A DNA stretch of 64,000 nt, from contig NZ_JBHTJZ010000011.1 in the NCBI RefSeq assembly GCF_042675905.1, forward strand, positions 54,636-118,635, read 5' to 3'. Below are positions 1-9,640 of the stretch, piece after piece (the stretch's first letter is position 1; each line of letters starts with the position of its first letter). The notes beneath the pieces are model-generated. The model saw nothing but the letters and a program-made list of their open reading frames with translations. It was not told where the DNA came from and made no database searches. The stretch comes from Paenibacillus chungangensis (GTDB lineage: Bacteria; Bacillota; Bacilli; Paenibacillales; Paenibacillaceae). Made by a program: the position numbers and the translations under genes.

Positions 1-99
1 TTTTCCATTTTCATTCTTGCCTGTACAACCCACCAGCGTTGCGGCCACTGTAACCATTGCAAGCGCCAACAATAAGCTTCTGCGAGTAGTGCGCGTCAT
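1..99 (-). CDS. Lipoprotein N-terminus, partial (continues beyond the window start); possibly the solute-binding protein of the adjacent ABC system
   Basis: Reverse strand shows an SD GGAGGAAGGG then ATG at 99..97. The encoded peptide is MTRTTRRSLLLALAMVTVAATLVGC, a type II signal peptide with lipobox LVGC. Confidence 0.5.
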   Translation of the reverse strand, partial: MTRTTRRSLLLALAMVTVAATLVGCTGKNENGK

Positions 100-344
100 T
101 TCCCTTCCTCCAATCGACTGAGTATCATCCAACTTCACTATTAATCCTACCCGTGTTTTGTTCGGAGAGAAATAACAGATTATTAACTACGAAATACGCT
201 TTTATTAAGATTGACTTCACTTCTTCACAGGAACTTAACATGACATTACGGGGTTAATAAAACGGTATTCCATGTTAACGATGAGTTATATAGAGGAAAA
301 AACCAACCTGCTACAATGGAGAGGAAATCGATGAAAAGGATGGA

Positions 345-1277
345 TTGCCTATGGACCCGCATGTCAAATCAAGCATCAAACGAAGGTTGCCGCGAATCGC
401 CTGGCCGTTCCATGCCATGCTCTTGCCCGCAATCATTCTTGCTATTCTGTTCAATTATCTTCCCATGTTCGGCGTCGTCATGTCCTTCCAGCACTTCAAG
501 CCGTGGACGGGCTTCTTGCACTCCGAATGGGCCGGACTTGAACACTTTCAGGCGATCTTCGAACGGGATGACAGCAGGCAAGTCATCTGGAATACCTTCA
601 TTATCGCTTCCCTGAAAATAGTGTTCATTATTGTCGTGCCCGTCACGTTCGCACTACTTCTGAATGAAGTGCGCAAGCTGGCTTTCAAACGCACAGTGCA
701 GACACTCGTCTACTTGCCTCACTTCCTGTCTTGGGTTATTCTAGGCGGCATTCTAGTCGATCTGCTGTCCCCGCAGTCCGGACTCGTTAACCGCATATTG
801 CAGGGCTGGTTCGGGCTTGAACCCATCTTCTTCCTGGGGGACGGCGACTGGTTCCGATTCACGGCTGTAGTCAGTCATATATGGAAGGAATTCGGCTACG
901 GCACCATTATCTATCTTGCGGCTCTCGGCAGCATCAATCCCAATCTGTATGAGGCGGCTGAGGTTGACGGGGCAAGCCGCTGGCAGCAGACGCTCTTCGT
1001 AACCCTGCCTGCCCTGGTGCCGATCATTATGGTGTGCACGACGCTGGAGCTGAGCAACATACTAAGCGCCGGCTTTGATCAGATATTCAACCTGTACAAT
1101 CCCATGGTATACAGCAAGGGGGATATTATCGATACATTCGTCTATCGGGTCGGCATACTAGACCAGCAGATGAGCTTCTCTGCAGCTGTCGGACTGTTCA
1201 AGTCCGTGGTCAGTCTCATTCTCGTCGTAGCCGTCTATTCTATCGCTTACCGTGCCGCTAATTACCGAATTTTCTAG
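345..1277 (+). CDS. Carbohydrate ABC transporter permease, LplB/MalF-like inner-membrane component
   Basis: 310 aa and multi-TM. Motif LPHFLSWVILGGILVDLL and a high-identity paralogue at 7757..8659, typical of LplB-type polysaccharide/aldouronate permeases. Confidence 0.85.
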   Translation: MPMDPHVKSSIKRRLPRIAWPFHAMLLPAIILAILFNYLPMFGVVMSFQHFKPWTGFLHSEWAGLEHFQAIFERDDSRQVIWNTFIIASLKIVFIIVVPVTFALLLNEVRKLAFKRTVQTLVYLPHFLSWVILGGILVDLLSPQSGLVNRILQGWFGLEPIFFLGDGDWFRFTAVVSHIWKEFGYGTIIYLAALGSINPNLYEAAEVDGASRWQQTLFVTLPALVPIIMVCTTLELSNILSAGFDQIFNLYNPMVYSKGDIIDTFVYRVGILDQQMSFSAAVGLFKSVVSLILVVAVYSIAYRAANYRIF

Positions 1278-1287
1278 GAGGCAAGCT

Positions 1288-2166
1288 ATGTACTATAAAA
1301 CAAAGCCCTACCGCCTGTTCAGCGTATTGAACTACTTCATGCTTCTGTTCATTGCCGTCCTGTGCATGCTGCCGCTGTGGCACACGCTGGCCGTATCCTT
1401 AAGCGGAAGAGCGCCGGCCAACGCTAATCTCGTCACACTGCTGCCGATAGACATCACTTTGGACGCTTATCGGAAGACATTGGCCAATCCCGACTTTCTG
1501 CAGTCGCTCGGCATCGCGTTTCAACGAACGATCGTCGGTACGCTATTCGGCATGATCGTTATCTTCCTGGCCGCTTATCCGCTGTCGAAGACGAAAGGCG
1601 CATTCCGCACTAGATCGTTCTACTCCTGGTTTTTCATTATTATTCTGCTGTTCAACGGAGGACTGGTACCCACCTATATCGTCGTGCAGAAGCTGGGACT
1701 CATGAACTCCCTATGGGCGCTCATCCTGCCTTCCACAGTCAACGTCTGGCTACTCATTCTGATGATGAGCTTCTTTCGCGGCGTACCGCGGGAACTGGAA
1801 GAAGCCGCGCTCATCGACGGAGCGGGACAATTCCGAATTCTGCTGACCATATTCCTGCCGATCTCGATGCCGGCCGTTGCCACCTTGTCGCTCTTCACGA
1901 TGGTCTTCCATTGGAATTCCTGGTTCGACGGCCTCATCTACATGACGAGAGCGGAGAAATACCCGCTATCCACTTTTCTCCAGACTATTCTGGTCCAGAT
2001 TGACACCTCCCAGCTCGGCACTGCGAGCCGGGATCTGGAGAACATCTCGAACAAAACAGTGAAAGCTGCGCAAATTTTTATCGGAGCCTTGCCGATTCTG
2101 GCCGTCTACCCGTTCCTGCAAAAGTACTTTGTAAAAGGTATGGTGCTGGGGGCGATTAAGGAGTAA
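1288..2166 (+). CDS. Carbohydrate ABC transporter permease, LplC/MalG-like
   Basis: AGGAGG SD at 1277..1282 then ATG at 1288. Multi-TM protein paralogous to 8689..9567, with conserved EAALIDGA motif. Confidence 0.85.
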   Translation: MYYKTKPYRLFSVLNYFMLLFIAVLCMLPLWHTLAVSLSGRAPANANLVTLLPIDITLDAYRKTLANPDFLQSLGIAFQRTIVGTLFGMIVIFLAAYPLSKTKGAFRTRSFYSWFFIIILLFNGGLVPTYIVVQKLGLMNSLWALILPSTVNVWLLILMMSFFRGVPRELEEAALIDGAGQFRILLTIFLPISMPAVATLSLFTMVFHWNSWFDGLIYMTRAEKYPLSTFLQTILVQIDTSQLGTASRDLENISNKTVKAAQIFIGALPILAVYPFLQKYFVKGMVLGAIKE

Positions 2167-2175
2167 AACAAGAAA

Positions 2176-2237
2176 AACCGCTTCCGGCGGCTGCATTGAA
2201 GATTGCTCAACTTCATTGCATCGGAAGCGGTTTTTTT
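2176..2237. terminator. Bidirectional rho-independent terminator between convergent genes
   Basis: Stem ccgcttccg(2178..2186)/cggaagcgg(2222..2230) with an inner gcattgaag/cttcattgc stem, followed by TTTTTTT at 2231..2237. Confidence 0.6.
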
Positions 2238-2263
2238 CCTGTTTGTTAAATATTATTTGAACA

Positions 2264-5200
2264 TCATTCTTTTACAGACACCGCTTGTATGGCCCCATAA
2301 GCCCAATGATTGGAAGGTACATCATTCCATATCGGTGCCCCATCTGCATCAGGTTCAATACCCAGCAGCTCATTCATCATCTTGACGGCTTCGGCTCTTG
2401 TCAAGGACTGATCGGGACGGAATGTGCCGTCCATATAGCCGCTTATGACACCAAGAGCCTGCAGCTTCGCAACCGTCTCCTCCGACCAGTGACCATCCAT
2501 ATCAGAGAATGCCGCGGAAGAGCTATTCGCGCTTGACTCAAGTACACCGGCTACAGCAACTCCATTGATGGCTGCTCTGCTCTCTTGCTCCGCGCTTTCA
2601 ATCAGCTGCAGCAGCACGGTTGCCATTTCTGCGCGCGTTATCGCCCTGTCCGGCTTGAAGCCTCCATCGGGATATCCCTTCATCCATTGCAATTGAATCG
2701 TCTGCAGCACGGATGAATGCGCCCAGTGACTTCGTGGAACATCGTCGAAGAATACTCTGTCTTCAGATGGACTGCTTCCAGCATCTGTATCACTGCCGGC
2801 AATGCGCGAGAGCATGGCTGCGACTTCCGCACGCGTGACAGGGTTATTCGGTCGGAAGGTTCCGTCTTCATAGCCATGCATATACTTTGGAACAGCTGCA
2901 ACCTCTACCTCTTGCCAGCCTTGTACTTGAACCATTGTGAACACGCTGAATGAATCGACTTCAATTCGCAATCCCTTCTGGCCCGAGCGATTCATATCTA
3001 CGACTTCACCGCCTACAAGAGACCTGCTGCCGTCACTATGCTCAATATATACGCCTAGTTGTCCCCATTCCGCTTCATCGTACACATCCGGGTCAATAGG
3101 CAACGTTAACATAACAAGCTTGCCCTGCAGATTGGTCTCGATTCTGATGGGACGGCCAATTGCTTCAATCCCTTCATTCCGTTCAACCTCTGCAATTGCC
3201 TCATCAGTATTGGCTCTGCTCTCAATAGCCATTTTCTCGTCATCCGAGCGCAGCGGCGTAATTCGGAAGTAGATGCCCTCATTCAACTGCTGCAACGAAG
3301 CTGCCGGAATAACCACCTTCACATTGCCATTGGCAAGTACAAGCTCGACATCCGCTTCAGATAGCAGCTGCGCCGCTTCCTGATCGATGTTGAATAGCCA
3401 TTCGCCGACTTCATCTTCTTCGTCAGGCATCGGTATAACCGCGACTTTAGAACCACCTCCGGCACTGTCAAGTCGTTCGATTATTTCTTTTGTCTTCTGC
3501 TCATCCAGATGAAGCTCATCTTGTATTGTCCCGTTCGATTGCTTCGTCCGTATAATGCTCAGCTTCACGCCTGGACGTTCATCCTGTTCGCCATCGGCAC
3601 CAACGGTGACTTCAATCGTCTCCCCAAGCGTTCCTCCAGTCGAAGACGATCCGCCGCGCCCCCCTTCCTTAGTTGTAACCGTAAGCTGAATCGTATTCGA
3701 CTCCACCGACATGCCATTCAACTTCACGGTAGCGAAGAGTTCGGTTGAGCCCGCTTGCATGGCCGTAACGACGCCCTCACCGTCTATACTTGCCACTACC
3801 GGATTGCCGACTGTATAGCTAATCTCCGCGCCGGACAAGTCCTTCGTCGTGCGATCCTTCTCCAGCAGACCGAGCAATTCAATCTTGGTCGTCTCGCCTA
3901 CCTCAAGCTCAGCCGCTTCAATCGACAGCTCTGCGCCTGTCAGCTTCAAGATCAGCTCATCAATAGTGTACTTATATAAATTAGGAGACTCCGGATCGGT
4001 ATACATATAGAAGCTGCCGAAGTCATCTTGTGCAAGCTTGCGCACTCCGGAAGCCAATACGGTAACTTCCTTCGTCGCAGCATCTACCTTAAAGAACTTC
4101 CCGGCGACTGTGGCATATACATTGCCGTCCGTGCCCGTCTCCATCGAACCGTCGATCCAACGGCCGACCGCTCCCGGGAATGCGTTCTGGCTATGAATGA
4201 CTTGTCTCGTCACAGTATCGAAGATGAACAACTCACCGTTAGCCAGCCCCCATACATTGCCGTCCGGTCCGAGATGCAGAGCGGTAATTGCTTGTCTGCC
4301 CGGCGCAGGCACCGTCTCGAACACAATCTCCTTATTCAGCACATCCCATACGAACAGTCTCGCTTCAGTCGCTGTCGGCACACCGCCCTGTCCGCCATGA
4401 ATGGACGTGCCGCCATACAGAAGCCCATCCTTGTATACCAAGGAGAGAACGCTCTGGTTCGGTATTATATTCTCGTATACTTCAGGCTCGCCGCGCTCTT
4501 TCAGATCATAGACCGCCAACGCTCCGCCCAGCATGCCGTTCTTCGGCACTGTACCGACGAATAGCTTGTTGTAATCTTCCGCGCCCGCCATTCCGAATGG
4601 CCGATCCTGATTCAAGTCGCCAAGTGTGAAGAGGCGATTCGGATTCAGCTTGTCGGCGTTCGTGCGGTTCCATGGCTGCGCCAGATCGTATTCCATAATC
4701 GACGCGCCGGGATATACGCCAAGATAGAGCTTGTTATGAATAACGGTCATGCCTTCGCCCTGGCCGATGCCTTCATAATACATACTGTCGCCCGTGGAAG
4801 GGGTATATACGCCGAGATTGCCTTGCAAGTAACCGGCTGTATAGATTTTTCCATCCGGTCCTTTCACAATCTCATGGATGTTGACAGGTTCTGCCGGCAC
4901 TTGAATATCGGTCAGCCTGACCGCTCCCGTCTCCAGGTTGTACTTGAACATCTTCCCTGAATTGCCGGATAAGCCGACAAGACTATAACCCGGGAAGCCC
5001 GCTTCATTCAGCTCCACGAACGCATAGCCGATTGCCGCGCCTTCAATGGAAGCGCCTGTCGAACGATAGCTATTCGTATCCAGATCATATTCGAACAATT
5101 CACCGCCAGCCCCGGCGAAGTAAAGCTTGTTCGCAACCGGAGACACCGGCGACATGCCGCGCGAGAAATTAATGAACGTCGTCGACTTCTCGCCTGTATC

Positions 5201-7528
5201 GGCGTTCGTCACCTCGACCAGGTCGCCGCTCGCAATATCGACAACGAATGTTTCGTTGCCGTTGTTCGCTTCCTTGCGTGCGAACAATCGGCCATCGGCA
5301 AGATTAAGATCATAGACGGATACAATGTTTTCGAAGCCAGCGGGAAGCAGGTCGCGCTTGGCCCCTGTCGCCAAATCGTACTCCAGCAGCCGGGGTACAT
5401 TGCCTACACCGGCGTAGATCTTATGTGTCTCCTCATCGTACACGGTCACTCGCGTCCAGCGTTCACCGCTCGTAAGTGTCGACATCGTTCCGTAATCGGT
5501 ATAGGCATTCGTCGAAGGATCGTACGCATACAGATGCGCAGTCGGATACGTACTGCCGTACATGACGCCGTCCTTCCCTGCCGCCATCGGATAAAGCACG
5601 GAATCCTTCGTAGAGAGAGGATGTCCCAGATTAACCAGTTCGTCCGTTGACGGAATATAGCGATATAGCAAGCCCAGATTATAGGCGCCCATATATACCG
5701 AACCGTCACTTGACATCGTAACCGACCATGCGCCGGATGTATCAGGCATCGGAATGCTCTTGACAACTTGCTCGGTCTCAATATCGATCATAGTGAATAT
5801 GGACGGAGCCCCCGCCACAACGGAGTAGACCACATCTCTTCCCTCTCCATCCTTGCCGACAGCGCCGCGCATCATGGTCGCCTTGCGAATTTGCGGTCCC
5901 AGATTTTCTCCGAGGATCGTGATGGAATCTTCCGGAAGCGGCTCTTCTTTCATCTCGTGATTGCCGCGCATCAGCTGAATATTATCGATATAATAGGAAT
6001 ACGTTCTACGATCACTGCCGGCGAACAGAATCGCGGCATAATGCGCTCCCTCCGGCGCTTCAGCTACAATATACTGATCGAACCATTCGCCGAATGGCTC
6101 GCCTGCAATGTTCCAGCTTTGTTTATTCATATACGCACCGTTCTCATCGAAGAAGCGTAAGTACATATCCGCCGAGCGCGTCTCGACCAGGCTGCGCGAT
6201 ACTGCGGTGTAGGTCGCCCCGGCTTCGACGGGAATGAGATCACTGATTACATTGATGTATTGTCCCGGCGTATTCTTAATATGGAGACTGTATTCTCCTT
6301 CATCCTTGTACTCACTTGACAGTGTGAACGAGTCAGCATCAGCCGGCTTCGTCTTGCTCCAGCCAGGAATGACGCCATCTGATACCGGTTGTTCGAAATT
6401 ACCGTTGACCACTTGCTTCAGGACGCTCACTTCATCCACATAGAAGGTGAAGGAGCGTTTGGCTCCGGTTATAAGCGCAACCTTAAGCTTCGCACCGCCC
6501 GGCTGCACTGTGAACGCTTGCTGAATATATTTCCATTTGCCATCGGGTTTTGTCTCCGCTGCGTACATATGGAAGTCTTTGTTATCCGCGCTTTTCACCA
6601 GCTCACCGTTCTTGTCGTACACATACACGTAGAAACCTTGAATCCCGCCAAGCTCAAGCAACACTTGCGCCGAGAACACATAAGTCGCATTCTCCTCCAC
6701 ATCCATCAGATCAGATTCAATGTTGATCGCGCTTTGGCCCTGGTTCTCCACCAAGTGCAGCTTCAGACTGTTGTTACCGACAGCCGCCTGCTCGGAGCTG
6801 ACCGTCGGCGTTCCCGACTTGATTGTCCAATTGGGGATCATGCTGTCGGCGCCGCTTTCCTCAAAGCTTGCATTAGCAAGGAAGCGCACAGGATCGGAAG
6901 GCTCCGGTTCCGGTTCTTCAGGGACTGCTTGCTTCGTGACCACCATATTGTCCCAATAGCTCACGCCTCTTGAAGATTTCGCGTTAACCACAACAACGGA
7001 AGCGCTCACAGCTTCTGCCGGGGCGATATCGCTGACCGTTATCGTTTGCCATACGTTCGTCGGCGCATTTTGATAGTTGTCATTATGTGTTTTAATCGGT
7101 TGCAAGAGCACATCGTTTTCTCCATAATAACGGATTTGCAATTGAATATTAGAACCGCTGCCAATATAGACAGAAGAGGTTACGGTGTATAATTTTCCTT
7201 TTTCAACAGCGAACTTGTCGCTGTCCATGCCAAATAGTGACGTATTGTCGTTATCGGTTATTTTCAGACTCCAATTTCCTTCAAGTACATTCGTGGAATC
7301 GACGGTAACCGATCCATTTTTACCTACGCCAAAGTTTTGCGTCCAGCCCGGTATTGCTCCGTCTACCTCTCCCTCCTCAAACCCGAAATTAAACAGCTCC
7401 TCTTGTATAACCGGAGGTTGGGCCAATTCCGCCCGCACCGCAGCTTGCGGTGTTCCAGCCATAGAAAGCGCTACCATAACCATACATAAAAAGACAATAA
7501 ACGACTTCCCCCTACCTGTAAAGCGCAC
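2264..7528 (-). CDS. Giant S-layer-anchored surface protein: signal peptide, 3 CBM4/9-like modules, about 700-aa beta-propeller, Big_2 domain, Gly-rich linker, unknown domain, 3 C-terminal SLH domains
   Basis: Open frame of 1,760 aa. Signal peptide (M)RFTGRGKSFIVFLCMVMVALSMAGTPQAAVRA. SLH motifs FDDVPRSHWAHSSV, FSDMDGHWSEETV and WNDVPSNHWAYGAIQ. Big_2-like stretch ELSIEAAELEVGETTKIELLG. A probable GTG start at 7528 is preceded by GGGAGAGAGG, and the track ORF extends to a TTG at 7546. Confidence 0.8.
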   Translation of the reverse strand: MRFTGRGKSFIVFLCMVMVALSMAGTPQAAVRAELAQPPVIQEELFNFGFEEGEVDGAIPGWTQNFGVGKNGSVTVDSTNVLEGNWSLKITDNDNTSLFGMDSDKFAVEKGKLYTVTSSVYIGSGSNIQLQIRYYGENDVLLQPIKTHNDNYQNAPTNVWQTITVSDIAPAEAVSASVVVVNAKSSRGVSYWDNMVVTKQAVPEEPEPEPSDPVRFLANASFEESGADSMIPNWTIKSGTPTVSSEQAAVGNNSLKLHLVENQGQSAINIESDLMDVEENATYVFSAQVLLELGGIQGFYVYVYDKNGELVKSADNKDFHMYAAETKPDGKWKYIQQAFTVQPGGAKLKVALITGAKRSFTFYVDEVSVLKQVVNGNFEQPVSDGVIPGWSKTKPADADSFTLSSEYKDEGEYSLHIKNTPGQYINVISDLIPVEAGATYTAVSRSLVETRSADMYLRFFDENGAYMNKQSWNIAGEPFGEWFDQYIVAEAPEGAHYAAILFAGSDRRTYSYYIDNIQLMRGNHEMKEEPLPEDSITILGENLGPQIRKATMMRGAVGKDGEGRDVVYSVVAGAPSIFTMIDIETEQVVKSIPMPDTSGAWSVTMSSDGSVYMGAYNLGLLYRYIPSTDELVNLGHPLSTKDSVLYPMAAGKDGVMYGSTYPTAHLYAYDPSTNAYTDYGTMSTLTSGERWTRVTVYDEETHKIYAGVGNVPRLLEYDLATGAKRDLLPAGFENIVSVYDLNLADGRLFARKEANNGNETFVVDIASGDLVEVTNADTGEKSTTFINFSRGMSPVSPVANKLYFAGAGGELFEYDLDTNSYRSTGASIEGAAIGYAFVELNEAGFPGYSLVGLSGNSGKMFKYNLETGAVRLTDIQVPAEPVNIHEIVKGPDGKIYTAGYLQGNLGVYTPSTGDSMYYEGIGQGEGMTVIHNKLYLGVYPGASIMEYDLAQPWNRTNADKLNPNRLFTLGDLNQDRPFGMAGAEDYNKLFVGTVPKNGMLGGALAVYDLKERGEPEVYENIIPNQSVLSLVYKDGLLYGGTSIHGGQGGVPTATEARLFVWDVLNKEIVFETVPAPGRQAITALHLGPDGNVWGLANGELFIFDTVTRQVIHSQNAFPGAVGRWIDGSMETGTDGNVYATVAGKFFKVDAATKEVTVLASGVRKLAQDDFGSFYMYTDPESPNLYKYTIDELILKLTGAELSIEAAELEVGETTKIELLGLLEKDRTTKDLSGAEISYTVGNPVVASIDGEGVVTAMQAGSTELFATVKLNGMSVESNTIQLTVTTKEGGRGGSSSTGGTLGETIEVTVGADGEQDERPGVKLSIIRTKQSNGTIQDELHLDEQKTKEIIERLDSAGGGSKVAVIPMPDEEDEVGEWLFNIDQEAAQLLSEADVELVLANGNVKVVIPAASLQQLNEGIYFRITPLRSDDEKMAIESRANTDEAIAEVERNEGIEAIGRPIRIETNLQGKLVMLTLPIDPDVYDEAEWGQLGVYIEHSDGSRSLVGGEVVDMNRSGQKGLRIEVDSFSVFTMVQVQGWQEVEVAAVPKYMHGYEDGTFRPNNPVTRAEVAAMLSRIAGSDTDAGSSPSEDRVFFDDVPRSHWAHSSVLQTIQLQWMKGYPDGGFKPDRAITRAEMATVLLQLIESAEQESRAAINGVAVAGVLESSANSSSAAFSDMDGHWSEETVAKLQALGVISGYMDGTFRPDQSLTRAEAVKMMNELLGIEPDADGAPIWNDVPSNHWAYGAIQAVSVKE

Positions 7529-7588
7529 AATCCTCTCTCCCTTCAAAATAATGTTTGCCTTGAAAAAATAGTGAACATACCTTTACAG

Positions 7589-7605
7589 ACATGTATATTA
7601 CATGT
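7589..7605. promoter_or_regulatory. Perfect palindrome acatgta-tat-tacatgt in the divergent control region; candidate operator
   Basis: 7-bp arms, reverse-complementary, with a 3-nt centre, between the giant SLH gene start and the ABC operon. Confidence 0.2.
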
Positions 7606-7701
7606 ATGCGCAATTGGAAGTCAAGCTTTATTTTCTATCAACTTTCTCCCAAATAATTTTACCGAAAATATTGACAGTCCATGAAATATGGATTAACTTA
7701 T

Positions 7702-7721
7702 ATACAGGTAAAATACAGGTA
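7702..7721 (+). promoter_or_regulatory. Direct repeat ATACAGGTA x2 between a putative promoter (TTGACA at 7671) and the SD of permease 7757
   Basis: ATACAGGTA at 7702..7710 and again at 7713..7721. SD AAAGGGAGG at 7734..7742. Confidence 0.2.
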
Positions 7722-7756
7722 TTGAAGTTGGTAAAAGGGAGGCTTTCGCAGGCAAT

Positions 7757-8659
7757 ATGAGCAAACTACTAAACAGAATGAAACGCGAGCGATATATTTA
7801 CTTACTGCTTCTTCCGGGAGTTTTGTATTTTATTCTATATCGTTATGTGCCGATGGCCGGCTTAATTATCGCATTTCAGGATTATAATCCGTTCGCCGGC
7901 TTCAAAGGCAGTGAGTGGATTGGACTCAGTCACTTTACCCGAATGTTTGAGAGCAGCGAAGTCATTCAAGTATTGGTGAACACCATACAAATCTCATTGC
8001 TGCAAATCTTTGTCGCGTTTCCGGTATCCATCATACTGGCTCTCATGCTTAACGAAATGCGCAACGAATTGTACAAACGTTTTATTCAATCCATGATTTA
8101 CTTGCCTCACTTCTTGTCTTGGGTAGTCGTTGTTGGCATCTTCGTCGTTTTCTTGCGTGGCGAAGGGCTGGTCAACTCACTTCTTGCAAGCTTTGGATTG
8201 GAAGCGATTCCTTTTCTAACAGATCCGTCCTACTTTAAACCCATTATTATTATTCAGGTGATTTGGAAGGAAGCTGGATGGGGCACGATTATATTTTTGG
8301 CAGCGTTATCAGGCGTCAATCCTTCCTTGTACGAGGCTGCCGTCATCGACGGCGCCAATCGCTGGCGGCAGCTGTGGCATGTTACCTTGCCGGCCATTCG
8401 CAGCGTAATCGTTATTTTGTTCATCCTTCGTCTCGGTAACGTCATGGATACCGGATTTGAACAAATCTTCCTCATGCTCAATCCCTTCAATATGGATGCG
8501 GGCAATGTGCTTGATACTTATGTTTATTTTAAAGGCATACAGCAAGGCAATATCGGATTTGCAACTGCGGTCGGAATGTTCAAGGGGTTGGTCGGTCTTG
8601 TGCTCGTACTGGGAGCCAATAAATTGGCCAAACGGTTTGGAGAAGAGGGACTTTATTAA
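7757..8659 (+). CDS. Carbohydrate ABC transporter permease, LplB-like
   Basis: 300 aa and multi-TM. LPHFLSWVVVVGIFVVF motif, paralogue of 345..1277. Confidence 0.85.
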   Translation: MSKLLNRMKRERYIYLLLLPGVLYFILYRYVPMAGLIIAFQDYNPFAGFKGSEWIGLSHFTRMFESSEVIQVLVNTIQISLLQIFVAFPVSIILALMLNEMRNELYKRFIQSMIYLPHFLSWVVVVGIFVVFLRGEGLVNSLLASFGLEAIPFLTDPSYFKPIIIIQVIWKEAGWGTIIFLAALSGVNPSLYEAAVIDGANRWRQLWHVTLPAIRSVIVILFILRLGNVMDTGFEQIFLMLNPFNMDAGNVLDTYVYFKGIQQGNIGFATAVGMFKGLVGLVLVLGANKLAKRFGEEGLY

Positions 8660-8688
8660 CCTGGATCAGGAAGAAGGCGACAACTTTT

Positions 8689-9567
8689 ATGATAAAAAGA
8701 ACACCACTAGATCGGGCTGTCGATTGGATCAATATTATTCTTCTTACGATTGCAGCCGGATTCATGCTCTTGCCGTTCGTTCATATTTTTGCAGTTTCGT
8801 TCTCATCCTTGCAGGATGTGCTTCAGAAGGACTTTATTCTATGGCCTACGAACTGGGCTATTGAGTCATACCAAGCAATTTTCGCATCCAATTCCTTCAT
8901 CCGTTCTATACTAGTCACCATCTATATTACGGTTATCGGGACGGCAGTCAGCTTGTTCTTGACGTCCACGATGGCTTACGGGCTTACTCGCAATGTCATT
9001 GGACAGCGAGTGGTGTTGCTTCTAGTCATTTTCACGATTTTGTTCAATGCAGGCATGATTCCTGTCTATCTCATCGTAAAGGAAACTGGATTGATGAATA
9101 CGCTATGGGCGCTCATTATCCCCAGTGCGATCAGTTCCTTCAACCTCATCGTCATCAGACAGTTCTTCCTCAGTATTCCAAGCGAACTGACAGAAGCTGC
9201 CCTAATCGACGGCGCCAGTGAGATGAAGACGTTCTGGTCCATCATCCTGCCGTTGTCCAAACCGGCACTGGCCACATTCGGCTTGTTCTATGCCGTAGGT
9301 CATTGGAACAAATACTTTGAGGGCATTCTTTACTTGAACGATGCAGCCAAATGGCCCGTGCAAGTCGTATTGCGACAGATCGTCATTATGAACGAAGCAA
9401 CCTCGACCCTGGGCGCTGATGTCATGCTGCAGTTCGAGAACCAGCCCCCGCCGGCTACCATTCAGATGGCTGCCATATTAGTGGCGACCTTGCCGATTCT
9501 ACTTGTCTATCCATTCTTGCAGAAGCATTTCGCCAAGGGGGTGATGATTGGCTCCGTGAAAGGCTAG
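8689..9567 (+). CDS. Carbohydrate ABC transporter permease, LplC-like
   Basis: 292 aa and multi-TM. EAALIDGASEMKTFW motif, paralogue of 1288..2166. Confidence 0.85.
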   Translation: MIKRTPLDRAVDWINIILLTIAAGFMLLPFVHIFAVSFSSLQDVLQKDFILWPTNWAIESYQAIFASNSFIRSILVTIYITVIGTAVSLFLTSTMAYGLTRNVIGQRVVLLLVIFTILFNAGMIPVYLIVKETGLMNTLWALIIPSAISSFNLIVIRQFFLSIPSELTEAALIDGASEMKTFWSIILPLSKPALATFGLFYAVGHWNKYFEGILYLNDAAKWPVQVVLRQIVIMNEATSTLGADVMLQFENQPPPATIQMAAILVATLPILLVYPFLQKHFAKGVMIGSVKG

Positions 9568-9640
9568 AAGCTTCGGAATTCAAGTACATGTATCGCGTTT
9601 GAAGAGAACAACAAATCACGATTCGGAGGGGATCATTTCC

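Noticed and set aside
2285-7571. Numerous 60-190-aa ORFs antisense or out of frame within the giant SLH gene (for example 4028..4564, 6389..6973)
   Set aside because: These are shadow ORFs inside a continuous 5.3-kb coding frame with clear domain content. They have no independent SD and no recognisable domains.
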